From a virus (lineage: Duplodnaviria; Caudoviricetes), in the IMG/VR virus record IMGVR_UViG_3300013383_000023, positions 35,845-99,844 of that record: a stretch of DNA of 64,000 bases; one strand, 5' to 3'. Under the pieces are notes generated by a model. That model searched no databases. It was not told where the DNA came from and saw only the letters and a list, made by a program, of their open reading frames with translations. Of the stretch, positions 1-14,077 are shown piece after piece. The translations under genes and the position numbers were made by a program. Within the stretch, counting starts at the first letter, position 1, and each line of letters starts with the position of its first letter.

Positions 1-830
1 ATGCATTCGCTCCAGTAATTCGCTGGACAAATGATATCAAGCCTAAGTGTCTTAAGTCTTTGAATAGCACAACTTATGAGGCCGACACTGAGGACAAGTA
101 TGATATTGAGTTCAATGGTCTTGATGCCGAAGTATTGAAAGATCTTGCTATGGGCGGTCGTCGTATTGTTGTTCGTCTTCAGTTCAAGGATCTTCCTACA
201 CGTTATCGTAAATGGTCTGAGACTTATGAGTACGTAACTAAGGAAGGCGATACGAAGGAAACAATCGCTAAAGGCATTGCTAATACTATTAACTATCAGT
301 ATAAGCGCGCTCGTGTAAACGCTACAGTTGCTGGTACAAAACTCACACTCGAGGCTATGCCTTATGATGACGACAATGTTGTTGATTCTATTAGCTGGGC
401 AGCTAAGGTGCGTTTCACATGCAATGTGTATTACACAAATCCTAAGGATGCTGCTTTTGCTTCTAACAATAAGTACTTCTTGAAGGGTGTTACTATTAAT
501 AAGACTCCTGGTAAATGGTATGCAGCTTCCGCTAAGCTTGTTCGCGATCGTGAGGCTCAGTCATTTGGTTATATGGGTATCCTTAACCGTGGTGAAGGTA
601 CATATCCTATTATCAAGCCAGATCTTCAGACAAAGCTTGATGGTAAGTACGACTCTGTAACTCTTGAGTTTGAGAATACTTATCGTACAGCTGATGATTG
701 GATTAAGACAAACAAGCAGTCTGTTGAAATCTACGTAAACACTGGTAAAGGAGCTGATGTACTTAAGGCTATACAAACAGCTTTTGGTATCGCAACTGCC
801 GATAAGAGTGCAAGTGATACTAGTCACTAA
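1..830 (+). CDS. Virion structural protein (crAss-like capsid-associated/auxiliary capsid type), 5' truncated by window
   Basis: Frame open from nt 3 to TAA at 828-830. No in-frame TAG, highly biased codon usage, followed by a terminator. Lies upstream of the lysis and tail genes. Confidence 0.6.
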   Translation, partial: AFAPVIRWTNDIKPKCLKSLNSTTYEADTEDKYDIEFNGLDAEVLKDLAMGGRRIVVRLQFKDLPTRYRKWSETYEYVTKEGDTKETIAKGIANTINYQYKRARVNATVAGTKLTLEAMPYDDDNVVDSISWAAKVRFTCNVYYTNPKDAAFASNNKYFLKGVTINKTPGKWYAASAKLVRDREAQSFGYMGILNRGEGTYPIIKPDLQTKLDGKYDSVTLEFENTYRTADDWIKTNKQSVEIYVNTGKGADVLKAIQTAFGIATADKSASDTSH

Positions 831-840
831 TAACATATAA

Positions 841-880
841 TGCTAGGGTGGGGCTCTGCCCTGTTCTAGCATTTATTTTT
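841..880 (+). terminator. Rho-independent terminator
   Basis: TGCTAGGGTGGGGC-TCT-GCCCTGTTCTAGCA hairpin followed by a T-rich tract. Confidence 0.8.
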
Positions 881-903
881 TATTTACATTAATACTTATA
901 AGA

Positions 904-1860
904 ATGGGAAATTTAAATATTCATTGCTGCCCATCTACTTAGTATGATATAAATCGTTGTGGTCTTCCTATATATCATGTAACTATTCCAGAATGCGATT
1001 GCGGACATTATTGCAACAATCATCATTCTTGTCACTATAATGGATTTGGAGTAAATCCGGATTGGTGTAGAATTTATTATCACAATTGCTATTTGGATAA
1101 TCAATGTGGCAATCATTGTGGAATTAATAATATTTTCTTTAGCAATGATAGTGTTACTGATGTTATAGTGGGAAATATTGGATTTGTTATAGCTGTGTTA
1201 AGTCCATGTGATTCAGATAACGATTGCTCTTGGGAGTACGATAATACTGTATTAAAGGCTATTAATGATAAAGGTAACACGTTTACATTTATGGCTATAT
1301 CTGTTAGTAAATATGGAGAACCATGTTCTACTACGGTAACTTGTCGCAGTAAAAAGAATCCAGACGTATTTAATACTATTGATGTAAATGTGTATGATTA
1401 TGCCGATTCTATAACAATCGCATTCCAAAAATAGTTTAACTATGTAAATTATCACAAGACTCTCGAGTTTACTCCTATTGTTAATCTTATTAGCGGATAT
1501 CATCTTATAGATGATAAAGATAATGTTATGATCGTTAAAATTATTGATGGCGAAGATTATGCACAATTATCTAAATCCGATACTGGTGTGTATACGCTGT
1601 ATAACAATAATGATACTGAAAACAATAAGTCTGTGACAATTCAAGTAATGTCTAATATCTGCGCTCAGAATAAGAGTATGATATATAAAAACTATACATT
1701 CGAATTGCGCAATCAAGCTAATTCCGCAGAAGAATCAGAAGATGTTTATATGATTGATACTAAATATGATTCAGCAAATCATACATTTACTTACGATATG
1801 ACCAACAATGTGATTCATACTAATTCAATAGCAAACGAATTTGACTTTTACAAGAAATAA
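904..1860 (+). CDS. Cys/His-rich N-terminus plus Ig-like beta-rich protein (TAG=Gln)
   Basis: ATG 904 is in frame with track ORFs 1093-1434 and 1528-1860; only TAGs interrupt; ends at TAA. The 'TVTCRSKKNPDVFNTIDVNV' segment resembles an Ig-like terminal strand. Confidence 0.6.
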
Positions 1861-2288
1861 TGAACATATTACTTAAAAGAATAGCCAAGCGTGATAAATA
1901 CACAATTGGCAAATTGTACATAAATGGCACTTATTTCTGTGACACTATTGAAGATAAGGATCGTGGATTAACTTAGCAAATGAGCAATACAGAAATATCT
2001 AAGATAAAAGTATACGCTCAAACTGCTATACCTACTGGTAAATATCAAATTGTAATGACGTATAGTTCTAAATTTAAGAAAGTAATGCCCCTTTTATTAA
2101 ATGTTCCAGGATTTGCTGGCATCAGAATACATTCTGGCAATACGGCAGACGATACAGAAGGATGTATTATTACTGGATAGAACAAAGTTGTAGGCAAGGT
2201 CATTAATTCAAGAGTTACCACAGACAAATTATATAGTATAATCAAAGAGGCTTGCATTAAAGAAAAAGTTTATATAACTATATAGTGA
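1860..2288 (+). CDS. DUF5675-family putative cell-wall peptidase/endolysin (TAG=Gln)
   Basis: Reads MNILLKRIAKRDKYTIGKLYING.YFCDTIED...AIPTGKY...GIRIHSGNTADDTEGCII. Three in-frame TAGs, ends TAG-TGA. Confidence 0.8.
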
Positions 2289-2289
2289 T

Positions 2290-2817
2290 ATGGCAATTCT
2301 AAATTCTATTGTACATATGTATAATGCCGTAAGTGGTGGCACCGCATTAGGTAAGATTGGAATAACAATCGGCGCTCTATTAGCGTCATACATAGCGCCA
2401 ATAAGTGGATTACTATTATCATGCTTTGCGTTTACTGTAGCCGATTTAATTTACGGTATAAAAGTAGCCAAACGACAAGGATAGAAGATCACTAGCGAGA
2501 AGGGTTGGAAGGGCACCCTTAAGAAAATATTAGACGAATTCGCAATCATACTATTAGCTAGATTATTAGAGTTGTCAGTAATCGGAGAACACGGTGTTTT
2601 CGTATTAACTGGTGGAACTACTGTAATAATTGCTCTTACTGAATTATGGTCTATATTGGAGAATCTTAATACATTAAATCCAAAAGGGCCATGGAGAGGA
2701 TTGTCAAAATTCTTACGTAAGAAAGGAGAATAGTATACTGGTGTTGATTTGGAAAATTTATAGACGATTAAAGATGAAAGTAATAACAACGATAATAAGT
2801 TGGATACTGCAAAATAA
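2290..2817 (+). CDS. Phage holin (TAG=Gln)
   Basis: Several hydrophobic helices and 'DLIYGIKVAK..ITS.KGW' / 'ELWSILENL' holin-like motifs. Three in-frame TAGs; TAA at 2815-2817. Confidence 0.75.
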
Positions 2818-3424
2818 AAGAATCGCCTTAGAGGCCATTTTAAGCCTCTTGGTGGCATTATCTTTACTGTATGGGATAACTATGCGTAATAATAATAAAA
2901 AGCTCACAGAGGACTTAAAAATAGCTAATAATAACATTGAGGCCTATTAGGGGTTACTTAGTAACTCTTAGTAGGCCAATAGTGTTTTATAGCTACGTGT
3001 GAAAGATTTGTAGTAGACAAATGATAAGTAGATTAAAGATTTAGTATATGTAGCGAAGAAGAATAACGTCAAAACTAAACAAATAAAGGCTGCGGCAACC
3101 CAAACGCAAATTATAGACGTTACGAGTGAAAACGAGACTAGTATTCCATTAGTAAAAGATATTATAATACAGGATAGTATTATATATAATATATATACTA
3201 AGTTATACTATACTATATAGAAAGATAGTATAAAGACTAAGTTAAATGTATCTAATAAACAAGATCTTATAGTATATACTAAACGTGAATACAAGAATAA
3301 GAAATGCTTTTTAAAACGTTTATTTACATTAGATTTTAAAAAGATAGATAAGATTTAGTATAAAATAATAAACTCTAATGACTTGATCAAATAGGACAGT
3401 GTTAGAGTAATACAAATACAATAA
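2774..3424 (+). CDS. Spanin-like membrane-anchored coiled-coil protein (TAG=Gln)
   Basis: N-terminal TM helix followed by a coiled coil, directly after the holin. Ten in-frame TAGs; TAA at 3422-3424. Confidence 0.6.
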
Positions 3425-3425
3425 T

Positions 3426-4106
3426 ATGAAAACATTTTCACTCCGTACATTGATAGACGATATACTATTAATGATACGAAATAATAATATTAGTGAGAGT
3501 GAAGACTTCTCTAGAGCTTAGATAAGAGCGTGGATAATGCAATATAAGGCAGCTCTTATAAAGCAGGCTCATGATAAAGATGAAGAAACTGCCGAAGATG
3601 AAGACATAGACGATACTTATGTATCTATGAAGGGACCTCTAGAATTAGAAGAGGTTGAATCTTTGGACGATAATCACTTATTCACTAGAAGAACTAAAGA
3701 AGAAATACCGCAGCTATTTGATAAAAGCCCAAGGTCAATTATATCGGTGACTGATCAATCTGGCTGTACGATACAACAAATGCCGCAAGAACGTAGACAT
3801 TTTCATTGGTTCAGAAGATATACTTATTCTGAACTTACGTATTACTATGAGAATGGAAGAATATATATTCAAGGCAATATTGATTGCGATAGGCTTAAAT
3901 ATATATTTGTTACTGGTATATGGGATGATAGTTCAGATGATACTGATGAAGATGATGTTGATATACCAGGATGGATGGTCCCTCAGATTAAACAGTTTAT
4001 CATTAAGAACGAATTAGCATTTATGTTAAGACTTCCAAGTGATGATACCAACAACGCGACATTACAAGGAATTAAACCTCATGGACCACAAGATACGCAG
4101 AAATAA
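3426..4106 (+). CDS. crAss-like tail ring protein (TAG=Gln)
   Basis: Starts MKTFSLRTLIDDILLMIRNNNISESEDFSRA(Q)IRAWI, in frame with track ORF 3537-4106. Position in the tail module. Confidence 0.6.
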
Positions 4107-4539
4107 AAAATCGTATACTATCTATGACATGTACAGAAATTTTGACGAGAATGTGTCTTATTTTGATTTTAAGCGCATTTTGTCAGAGTTTAATAAACTT
4201 GTACTAGAATCTATTTAGGATCGCTCAGAGGGCTTTAAAATGCCCTATGGGCTTGGTTATATATGTATTGTTAAATATAGACCCAAATCGTTATCAAAAG
4301 AATGTTTGTCGATAGACTATAAAGCATCTAGAGAATACAATAAGCATATATATCATTTAAATGAACATTCGGATGGGTATAAGTTTAGATTGTTTTGGTC
4401 TAAGCTTCCGCAAACATTTCCAGATAGATATAAGTATTAGTTACAGTTCGTTAGATAGAATAAAAGACGATTAGCGCAAAATATATTTAATAACAAAGAT
4501 TATATAAATATAAATGATTTACAAATATACAAAATGTGA
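4081..4539 (+). CDS. IHF/HU-like DNA-binding protein of the crAss tail module (TAG=Gln)
   Basis: 'GFKMPYGLGYICIVK' HU/IHF-like signature. Three TAGs; ends at TGA. Confidence 0.6.
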
Positions 4540-5350
4540 GTCTGTTATAGCGAAAATATTAGCAGACTTAGATGCTTCTGAAAAGAATAATCGCATTACA
4601 GATATTCGTGAGTGGATCTTTGAGGCTATGGAAAAAATTGGTGCGCCATTACAATATGTTACGAAAGAGTCGGAATCAATGCCAATATGTGATTATTAGG
4701 TTCCGATTCCTGATGATTTGCACGACTTAATGACTGTAGCGTATTCGGCGACTCCGGATGGCCCATGGATACCAATGAGAACTAATACATCTTCTTTCAG
4801 AGAACCAGATCATCGTAAATTCTCGCATACAGAAGTACCAATAGTTGAAAAACTTCCAACAACTCAAGCTGAATTATATACATATAAAGGCGAACTTGAA
4901 TTACAAAGACATTTAAATGACGTTGAAGAATTAACATATTTCTTAAAACCAGGATGGATAGTAACAAACAGAGAACATGGGTTTGTTAAAATTTCATATA
5001 GAAGTATTACTACCGACGAACGAGGTTATCCATTAATACCAGATTTGTCTTCATATCAAGAAGCTATATATTGGTATGTTGTTATGAAATTGAAATTCCC
5101 AAGATATTTGAATGGATAGCTTGGCGGCCATAGAAAGTATACGGCGGAAATATATAATACGATTGTTAGAAACTGGAACTTCTATAGAAATCAAGCTTAT
5201 GCTGAAGCATTAATGCCTACCGAAGGAGATATGAGAACAATAAAGAATCAATGGAATAAACTTATCCCAGATTGGGATTCAGATGATTATTTGTTTGCTC
5301 CAGTTGGTAGACGACAAATGAATTATAACGATTACTATTATGGATATTAA
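4514..5350 (+). CDS. Tail tubular/ring protein (TAG=Gln)
   Basis: Joins track ORFs 4514-4699 and 4718-5119 through TAGs. 'TDERGYPLIPDLSSYQEAIYWY' motif; immediately upstream of the muzzle gene. Confidence 0.7.
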
Positions 5351-8300
5351 TAACAATTAGCAGCAGAATACATTTGAAGGCGGAATGAATTCCGATACTT
5401 CAGATACTAGACTTTCTCCGAATTAGTATAGAGAAGCTAGAAATGTTAGACTTGTTACTAATACTGGTAATAATTCTGCAGAAATTCACATGATAGAAGG
5501 CGTTGCTAAAGTTGGCGATCTGTATAATACAAAATAGATTCTCGCTACTACAAGTATCCGTGATTATGGAATTATAGTTGCAGACACATCCTCCGATACT
5601 AAATCGTTTAATGTATTCTACTTTAAAAATAAGAATAATAATGTAGAATTAGAACATTATGATTTTGGAGACATAAAACAAGTATTTAAACAGAATATAA
5701 GCGGTAATTTATAGAAGCCTGTAGATATTACTTGTAGATGGGAGAATGATAATCTACTTAAATTATATATAGCGGATGGCAAAAATCCAATGATGCTTAT
5801 TAATATATTTAAAAATTATGATGCAAATATAAGTATCGATGATTTAAGTATATACCCATCTGTAATTTTTAGTAAGCCAATATTTGAAGGATTTATTAAC
5901 GGGACACTTGAAGGCGGGTTATACCAATATTCATACAGGCTATATAATAAAAATGGATAGGCATCAGAAATATCTCCAGCCACTAATCTAATACCAATGG
6001 TATCATAGTCTGGTGATTACTATAATGGAGTTGAACAGGGTAAACCTTCTGGAAACGGAATTTAGATAAGCATCGATGTTAACTATAATAAACTTGAATA
6101 TATTCAAATAATCCGTACTCATTATGTTGAAGCTGGACAAGATCCTATTATAGAAATTATATACGATTCAAAGCTTACAGATGATTCATTTGTTTTTTCT
6201 GATTATGGAATAAAAGCGTATTAGACATTGACTCTTGAAGAATACAATTCTATGTCTGGAGAACATATCATTCCAAAAACAATAGAATCTAAGAATGATT
6301 ATTTGTTTGCAGGATGTATTAAAAAGTTTGAATCATACGATAATAACATAAAATCTGTATTTAACAATTTTGACGCCAGGTCATATTCGTGCGACATAGA
6401 TGGATATGTTACGCTGTATAATCAGAATGAATAGTTAGAGTCAAGATTTAAAATAGATGAAATTCCGGAACTCAATGACAATAATAAAGAATGGGATTGC
6501 ATAAATAAGACTGGCAAATACTATGATGGAAACAGTCTCGAATATGGAGGTAGGGGAAAATACATAAGTTGGAAGTTTGTAACTGCAGATTTATATGAAG
6601 ATACTACTCCGTGTGAAAAGAATACACTCGATAACGACTGTGTTTTATATGATAGTTAGCAAGAGTATTATATACACAACTAGGGCAAAGACATGGTTCC
6701 TAATGTAGCTTATAATGAATATATAGGAACTGTATTACCTTGTATAAGAAAGAAATCTGAAAAAGTACATAAGATAACAACTCATACTATAAAACGTAAT
6801 GGAGGTGCTGGATCTTATTATTATATTAATCTAAATGGCGTTAATTGGGAAAATGAATTTAGTCCTAATTATGGAGATCCATCAGTAGCATATTCTTTAA
6901 AATCATTAAGACGAGGAGAAACGTATAGATACGCAATTGTGTTTTACGATAGATTCGGATTAACTACTGAAGCTAAATGGATAGCAGATATAAAAGTTCC
7001 AGAACTGTATGATAATGGATTTAATACATTCACGGCACACGGTGGAACTGGAGACATAATATGCGAATCGAATGGATTCCGTTCAACAAGATGTGATTTA
7101 GTTACGCATCCTATTGGCATTAGATTCGAAGTAAATCTTCCAGATGAAATTCGAAATAATATAATTGGTTACGAAATAGTAAGATGTAATAGATCTGAAT
7201 AGAATATACGTAATCTTATGTAGGGCGTATTAGCTAGACCTATTAATGTAAAAGGCTATATGGATGGTGTAAGAACAGAAAAGTCTTATACTCCTACAGG
7301 ATATTTATCTACTTGTAGATATTGGACTGGCTCTCAAATAAGATACGCAAAAGGACAAAGCGCTGTTGACGAAGATGCTAAAAACGGAATTATTTATGAA
7401 TCTGATAATTCTGAAAACTTTAATTTGTATTAGTTTATATCGGCAGAAACAACGTTTCAACCAGATAGTGCTGAATACTTACTTAAAAATAAGAATGTGA
7501 CGCTAGCTGCTCAAAGGTATTTGTTCGGACAAAGTTGGGATCAACCTATAAATTCATGGAGTGGAACAGAATCTTACGCTACAAATTTGAATAAAATTGC
7601 ACTCGGCAGAATTGTAAAACCTGGCCCATATAATACAACCGTTAGATTCGGTGGAGTGTCATCTCCTAATTATAGAGACAGTAATAGACACGACTTAGAA
7701 AATGTGTATGGATTCGGGACTCAATCTTCAGCAAGCGTATTATTCCCATTTGATGTAGCTATAAAAAGACAAGGAATGGAATCTACTGACGAATTTAGAC
7801 ATTCTTGGTCAATGGCCATCTCGGATAAATATCAGCAATGGTATCAGAATTCGTATTTCGACTTTAATAAAAATTCCAAACGTGCATATTCTATAGTTGG
7901 TTCAAATATTTCAGATATAACTCCTTATTGCTTTTCTTACATAAAATTATATGAGCAATCTGATGATATAACATATAGGCAAACGAATACTTCTCATAAC
8001 GGAAGAATGACAACATTTTCAGCGTTTACTGGAGATTATGATAATGGAAATACATAGCAGTTTAGAAGCCTATATAATCAATATCCATATCATCTCAGTA
8101 AAGTTCAAAATGTAACTGTTGGAATTAATGATTGTAAGATGGCTTCAACTTATGATTATTATAAGTTATTTAATGAAAGTACTGATGGTAATTCGGAAAA
8201 TAAATCTATTCAGTTTAATTATTCAAATCAAGATAGTGTTGATGGATTTACTTATTACAACAACGTTGTAGAAATAGCAATTGGTCAATCGTTGGATGAA

Positions 8301-10253
8301 GAGTTTTTAAATAGAACTGATTATGCAGGAGAGGAATTCAGAGACAATTATAAAGGTTGGTCTAATACTATATTCGGAATTGGTGGAAGATGCATGTTGT
8401 TGTCGTTAAATTATCAAGACATATCACAAAACGCAGCAACGTTCTATAATACATCGGCTGCTACTTCTAGATATAATGAAAATGATGCGATAGTATATCC
8501 TAATTATACTGTGACATAGCCATTACCAGATTATATATACAGTTATTATTACAACGATCATAAGTATGACGTCAGACAGAATTATATCGTAAACGGATAG
8601 AATATATTTAGTAAGTATTTAGGCGGATTGGATTATCAAATAATCGATAATAAAAAGTCTAATATTTATAAAGCCAGTATGTTCGGTACATTCTTATGTA
8701 ATATATAGCAAACACCAGATATATATGGAGGTCAATCTTATCAAGACAGAAAGCAGAATATATATTACAGCTATGGCGATTTCCACACTCCTGTATCATA
8801 TAGAGATGACATTTTCGTATTTGATGGAGATACTTATATAGTACCATTAGAATATGTGTCAATGCATAAGTGGGCTACGTCTGATAGGCGCGTTAAGAAC
8901 CCAATGAGGACGTCTATAATTTATTCTATTCCAGTTGAGACTAGTATTAATGTAGACTTATCGTATGGTCATGAATTTAGTAAACATGCACTTGGCAAAT
9001 CAGAGGGAAGCCCTACTACATTCTTACAAATAAATCCGACTGTTGATCAGAATGCTGGATATACTCAATCTGATAAGTTATATTCTTATAATGGTGTATT
9101 CTCTACTAATCAAAAAGCTAGATTATTTTCAGCCGATCAACAAGAGAAAGATTACGAAACAAGCATAGATTATCGTACATATTATTCTTCACCGATGGAG
9201 GCAAACGAAAGAATAGATAGCTGGACAAAGTTCTAGACTTCAAACTTCTTAGATGTTGATACTAGATATGGTGCAATAAATAAACTTAGAACATTCTAGA
9301 ATCAATTATTATTCTGGCAAGACAGAGCTTTTGGTAAGTTTGCGGTTAATGAGAGAGCTATTATAACAGACAATTCTAACGCTGCGTTACAACTTGGCAC
9401 GGGCGGAGTATTAGAAAGATATGATTACATATCCAATATACACGGAATGAAACGTGGGCAGATTACCGACACTCAGTCTGATAAAGCTTTGTATTGGTGG
9501 GATGGAAACAATTTCGATATACTTCAATATTCTAGTTAGCTTACCAATATATCTAAGTCTAATAACATTTAGAATTATTTAATGTAGAATGTAAGTAGAT
9601 TTGACAGAAATCCAAGATCTACATTTGATTATAAATATAGAGAGGCAATATTCTCAATACTTTCTAAAACCGATTCTCAAGACGGACAATCTCTTATATT
9701 CAATGAAGATACTGGCACATTTACATCGGTAAATGATACGCATGATAATATGACTCCGCTTGCTATAAATTTTGATTTGTGCAAATACTTTATAACAGAT
9801 AAGTTTATTTATAAGAGCAATACTAGTGTTAATAAGCATGCATATTCTATATCTGAAAAGCAAATTAAACCATATATCAAATACGTGGTTAACAATTCAT
9901 ATTAGATTCCTAAGGTGTTTGATATTCAAACGTTTGGCGGATACTTCTAGGATGAATCTGAAAATAATATTTGGGACAATAAGAATGATTTAGGATTAAA
10001 CTTCTTTACACGGAATTCTACTATAAAAGATGACTAGTATTATCAAATATCTAATATAGAAGGATCCTAGATAACTAATAGAGAATATGATTATAGATTA
10101 GACATACCTAGAGCCAAAGTTGACGGTAAGCCTAGTTTGTTTGGAAATAGAATGAGAGGAAAAACTATGACTGTTGAGATGTATTCTAATAGTAATAGTG
10201 TTGATTTTTCATTACAATATATAATTACTAAATATAGAATATCATGCAGTTAA
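5340..10253 (+). CDS. Tail stabilization/muzzle protein, ~1,637 aa (TAG=Gln)
   Basis: N-terminus 'NTFEGGMNSD...YREARNVRL', internal 'KSLRRGETYRYAIVFYD' and 'DSWTKF'. Track ORFs 6228, 6693, 7497, 8139 and 8856 are all in one frame and end in TAG. Confidence 0.75.
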
Positions 10254-11032
10254 AATAGATAAAATACATTAAGAATAATCATTGTTTGTCAGGATTTGCT
10301 GAAGGTGTAGATGGTAATTCAAGTTAGAGTGTAGTTTAGCAGATGATTAATGATCCAGACTTTAAGACAATCGGTATTCAGTAGTATGATGCGTCGAAAT
10401 ATGTAAAAAACTTATCTACGGACGAATTGTCTAATTTTAAACCAGTATTTCCTAAAACTGGCGCTACATCGTCATTTAATATCGGAGGAGCGTTAAATAA
10501 AGCTGGAGGTATAGCATCGTCTGCGTTAGGTGCATTTTCTGCAATAAATAATGCATTTCATGCGCCAGTTAAATCTGAAAGACAAATGAATTCTGAAGCT
10601 GGAATAAGCAGGCAGTCTATAAATGGCGTATCTACATAGTTGTAGAATGATGTAGATACAGCAGGATAGATTAAAGAAATAAACGCTGAGAATACACAAA
10701 ACACATTGGCTGCAGCAGGAGCTGGAGCACAAGTTGGATAGAAAGTTGGTAGTCTTCTTGGCCCGATTGGAGGTTTAGCTGGTGGCGTCATAGGTGGAAT
10801 TGGAGGATTTGTTGCTGGAATATTCGGAGGTAAGAACAGAAAGCGCAAATTAATGGCCAGAATACGTACTGCAAATATAAATAATGCGTTAGGCAATAAT
10901 CAGCGATTAAGTTATGCTAATACACAAGGCCTTCAATAGCAATATGATGCAAATCACGAAAACACAGAAGACGATTTATTGTATGCGAACTTTGGTAAAA
11001 GTTCATTAAGAATGATTAGATATGTTAAATAA
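10244..11032 (+). CDS. Cargo/ejection protein with glycine-zipper TM segment (TAG=Gln)
   Basis: In frame with track ORF 10427. Contains 'GSLLGPIGGLAGGVIGGIGGFVAGIFGG'; TAA at 11030-11032. Confidence 0.65.
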
Positions 11033-12743
11033 TAAACAATTAGGTAAAATATGGACGCCTGAAGGTCCTTCTTATGGCCCAGTAAATAGTCTTGTTGGTA
11101 AGGGAGAATCTATTGTAAACCTATAGGATTAGACTGGATCTATTGTTAGAGATGGTTAGTACGGACAAGATACAATCCCGTCAAACGTTAAACAAAATGA
11201 TGACAATACTATATTTGGTAATCTGTTAAGACCTAATGGTCAAGAGACATTTGCATAGGCGGCAGCTCCATACACACAACAACTTGAACAAATAAATAAT
11301 ATGGAGAAGAAGTATAAAAATTATGGAGATCGTAGTTCGTTGTCAAAAAGAACAGCAGAATTCCAATAGATGCAATTTAATAAAATAAAGTAGCCAATAA
11401 TGCAGAACCTTAATAATCTCGCACAAGAACAAGTTAAAGTTCATCAGATGCAGCAATAGCAACAATACAATTGTGGTAAATTACCTGGATTTGAAATAGG
11501 GGCAGATGGATTTTATAATTATCTTCAAGGAAATACTGGTTTTAAATATTTTGATAATGATTATCTGGCAAGAACTCCAAATTACATTCCAATGATTGGT
11601 TAGGCTAAATTCTTGTCTTCTAATAAAGCCGGCAATACAGATGGAGCTTATACTCCTTGGAATGGTATGGGGAGATCCGCACAATGGATGGAAAATATGC
11701 CAGGATATTGGGATGCGACATTAACGATGCTTAATGGAGAAGGAAAACCAAACCCAATATTTAATGCTGCGGTAAATGGCAATATTCCTTACACTAAGAA
11801 CCAGCCTAATATATTAGGTAGATTTGAAGGGCTTTATGGCCCACAGCATGCTTCTCCAGATATGGAATCTGATTATATAAAGCCTGTACTTGGCAATTTC
11901 GCTAGAAGGGTTCCAAGATATAACCCATTAGATGGCAAAGCTCCAACATTAGACTAGCTGTCAATATTAACAAATAAACCATACTCTACCGATAGAAATG
12001 GATTGTTAGTAAATAAGTATTATACTGGAGGTCTTAAGTCTGACGCTCCGACAGAAAATAAATATAGCCCAGAAGGCCGTAAATCATTCTGGAAACGATT
12101 GAGTGATAAACTTACTCTAAATCCAAATGATATTGGTGATTATCATACTATCCCAAGCCTTGCTACAGCTGGAGTTGGTTTAATGTAGTATTTAAGAGCT
12201 TAGAAAGACGATCCTAAGGGTTCTGATGTATACGCTAGAAACAATTATGAAGATGAAGGTCTTAGAGGTCTTGCTGGGCTTAGACAGAATCCTTACGAAA
12301 TACTTCGTCAAATGTATGATGCTGAGCGTCGTGGCGCATATTCAATAGCAAATTCTGCTAACCAAATTGGTAAAGCGAATCAAAGAGTGGCATTAGCATT
12401 AGGTTCGCAATCTAATATGGCTAAACAATTAACTGCTATAAACGAAGCCAACCTTAATCGTAAACAACATTATTATGATCAAGCTTTATCTACTGGAGCT
12501 CAGAATGCATCTAGAAGACAAGATGCTAATAAGTACGATTTTGAGACATTTACTAAAGCTCATGCCGCAAAGGAGCAAATGAAACAAATGGGATTACGAA
12601 ATGCATTATCCGCATTGTGGCAATATAATGCTAATGCATTTAAACGTGACATGGGAAATAAACAACTTAAATTATATAACAAAACGCTCAATCAAGACCA
12701 AGCTAGATTACTTGCTCAGATTGCTGCTCAATACAATATTTAA
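11022..12743 (+). CDS. Cargo/ejection protein (TAG=Gln)
   Basis: Joins in-frame fragments 11613, 12003 and 12312. Gln/Ala-rich helical C-terminus. Confidence 0.65.
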
Positions 12744-12745
12744 TT

Positions 12746-14077
12746 ATGATATTTTAGTACGATTAGGCATTGGAAATGCCGACCATGAATGTATATGATG
12801 ACGGACTCATGCAGTAGTACATAAATGCTGTTAGAGATGATTATAAGCAAGGTTTGGCTGATCAAAAAGAGTTTGTTACCAAATATGGAGATTTCTATAG
12901 TCCTATACAGAAAAGTGTTGATTGGTGGAACGAAAACGTAAATGATCCAATTCGAGACTTTGTTGCACAAGCATCATAGTCTGGAATTGATATGAGGTCT
13001 CCTGAATTTAGAGCAGCATTATCTAGATTGCAAAACAGTATGCCATATGGAGAAATGTAGCGTCAAAAACAGCAAGCTAAAATGGCCGAATAGTATATTT
13101 AGAATCGCGACGCTTTAATTAGAGCTGGTAAATTTGATCCAAACTTTGAAAAGTATCTACTTAATGGCAAGACGCTAGAAACATGGGATCCAATTAAAGA
13201 CGGTTTGTGGACAAGAACGTCTCCAGAACAGCTTAATGAATTATCTGCGTTTGCAGCATTATCTACAAATGGTCTTAAAGATTCGTTCATTAAACGCGAA
13301 AATGGATACGATCATTATGGTATTACTAAAGAGAGAGTCCAAGATGCTATTGGTAGAAATATGTTAGATTATCTAAACTCTAATTCTGGAAAGTATTATC
13401 TTGACTTAATAGCAAAGGCCAATAATCTCGATATTAAAGATCCAAAGCAACGTAATCAAGCATAGCAATTACTTTTAGATTAGGCTGTAGCTAGATCTGG
13501 AAAAGTTAGCGATAATATTAAAGTTAACGAATATGATCTACTTAAGGTAAAGAATGATTATGATGTACAAATGGAGAAGATGCGGGAGGCCAATGACATT
13601 GAAAAGTTGTTAATGAAAGGTGCTTACGGATCAACAAATGGATAGTCTGGAGTATTTGCTGCACCGAAAGGTATGACGGCAGAGTTTGTTCCTACTGGTT
13701 ATCGTGTTACTCATTCGCCAGAATATTAGGGCAATATGACTAATAACGAATATAATGGACCTGATGGGAAAGTGTCTAAATCAAGTACAACAAAACCAAC
13801 GTATGCTGAAGTATATAATATAAGCGATCCGAAAAACGCAGATATATATGTAATTAATGATAAAGGCGTTATGCACAACCTTAAAATTGGGAATCATAGT
13901 AATCACAATGTTCGTTTTTATCCAGTAAAAGGTGCAATCACAGAAGGGAGGACTGGATTTTATTATCAATTGGGACAATTGACTTGGGCAGATAATTCTG
14001 GCAAGGATATTAAATCTAAGGACAATGTATGGATTAGACTTAGAAAGCAATACGTTCCAAATAAAACTAATAAATAA
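12746..14077 (+). CDS. Cargo protein (TAG=Gln)
   Basis: ATG 12746 is in frame with fragments 13205 and 13736; its TAA overlaps the next ATG. Confidence 0.6.
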
